Below are positions 28,911-29,564 of a stretch of 29,564 nt of DNA, piece by piece; within the stretch, counting starts at the first letter, position 1; each line of letters begins with the position of its first letter. Made by a program: the position numbers and the translations under genes. The stretch spans positions 1 to 29,564 of the forward strand of contig JBFRWN010000008.1 in NCBI GenBank assembly GCA_051439605.1. Reading direction: 5' to 3'. The notes beneath the pieces were generated by a model, which was not told the origin of the DNA, did not search any database, and worked only from the letters and a program-made list of their open reading frames with translations. The stretch is from Synechococcus sp. (lineage in GTDB: Bacteria; Cyanobacteriota; Cyanobacteriia; Thermostichales; PCC-7336).

Positions 28911-29042
28911 TCATACGTTGCGATCGTCAAGGGAGACACCAACTGCTCAGTATCTGGACTTAAGCTCCTGCGATCGCAAACTCCACGGAATGATTGCCGA
29001 TTTCATTGAGAAATGCCACCCGGAGTGTAACCCGCAAATAAA

Positions 29043-29184
29043 CCAAGCCTCCAGCTGCTTTCTTGCCGCTTAACTCAAGTCAATGGCTGTGGCTTTCAGT
29101 CTTGGCATCAGTTGCTTTCCACTCTGCTTCTGCAACCTAGCACTGACAAACCTTTAGGCGATTAATTTACGCCACCGTGTACTA
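29043..29184 (-). mobile_element. Decayed IS630-like left end with a transposase N-terminal fragment
   Basis: Minus strand reads CTAGTACACGGTGGCGTAAAT (TA-bounded IS630-like terminus). ATG 29108 then gives MPRLKATAIDLS*AARKQLEAW with a stop at codon 13. Confidence 0.55.
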
Positions 29185-29292
29185 GGGGCTTACTATCTTG
29201 GGTGGTAAATATGTATTGGGATCTTCAGCTTGCTGCGGTCCAAAGGGGTCAGTTGTCTCTATAGTGGAGATTACCTGAAGCTATCTTGCGTC

Positions 29293-29564
29293 ATGCCTGG
29301 TTCGAGTCCCTACCGCAGTCGATTATTCCGGCACGTCCATCATCTATCCATCAGGACCGTGCGTCGCACACAGCGCGCTTGGCGGGAAATTAAAGCAGCG
29401 GCTGCAAACAGCGTCCAGGCGATCGCCTATTCATTCCACCAGATGTGGCAAAGGGTGCAAGCCTCTCATTTACAGGTAGCTCCCTCATCCAAAACTCACC
29501 GGCTAGGCCAAGCTGCTAATCCGCATGGCAAGCAGGCTGCAAGTAAACGTTCCAGCAAAGCGAT
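29293..29564 (+). CDS. Hypothetical protein, 5' part (runs off the window)
   Basis: Not in the ORF track. Open from ATG 29293 to the window end: MPGSSPYRSRLFRHVHHLSIRTVRRTQRAWREIKAAAANSVQAIAY... The YxSRLF start resembles, from memory, a conserved cyanobacterial hypothetical family. Confidence 0.65.
   Translation, partial: MPGSSPYRSRLFRHVHHLSIRTVRRTQRAWREIKAAAANSVQAIAYSFHQMWQRVQASHLQVAPSSKTHRLGQAANPHGKQAASKRSSKA

Larger units (their letters stand above)
7..29426. repeat. HIP1 octamer GCGATCGC dispersed throughout the window
   Basis: More than 30 copies counted by eye (for example 7-14, 5519-5526, 12150-12157), against roughly one expected by chance in 30 kb. Confidence 0.95.

Noticed and set aside
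28625..28963. 112-aa ORF from the track
   Set aside because: Reads through hairpins and the miniature element and has no protein-like features; probably spurious.
29232..29319. tRNA-like segment (GCTGCGGT...GGTTCGAGTCCCTACCGCAGT)
   Set aside because: The T-stem pairs at only 2 of 5 positions, there is no D or anticodon arm, and the motif lies inside the ORF starting at 29293 (MPGSSPYRS).

Overview
A mostly core-genome cyanobacterial window. The HIP1 octamer GCGATCGC is strongly over-represented and the ppc, glgA, tocopherol cyclase and DUF3110 genes are cyanobacterial in type; the exact taxon cannot be fixed from the sequence alone. From left to right it holds the 5' part of a Ni/Co ECF uptake operon (nikL-like, nikM) preceded by two CsoR/RcnR-like operator candidates. 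Next come an aldo/keto reductase, DUF3110, an atypical SDR, lipB, a TauE/SafE exporter, a Ca2+/H+ exchanger, a CPBP protease, a cysteine desulfurase, a lemA-M48 protease pair and a DUF1028 remnant. A minus-strand cluster follows, made of an OmpR-type regulator, two paralogous secreted proteins with a shared unnamed C-terminal domain, and an orphan sugar-binding lipoprotein. After that come obgE, ppc, tocopherol cyclase, glgA, a Ca/Na antiporter and two exported hypothetical proteins. A 0.7 kb non-coding tail contains an IS200/IS605-like palindromic miniature element and a decayed IS630-like end, followed by a gene that runs off the window. No rRNA, tRNA or CRISPR array was found. The best candidate for an undescribed system is the 12258-17826 envelope cluster. 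All family assignments come from motif recognition by eye, not from database searches.
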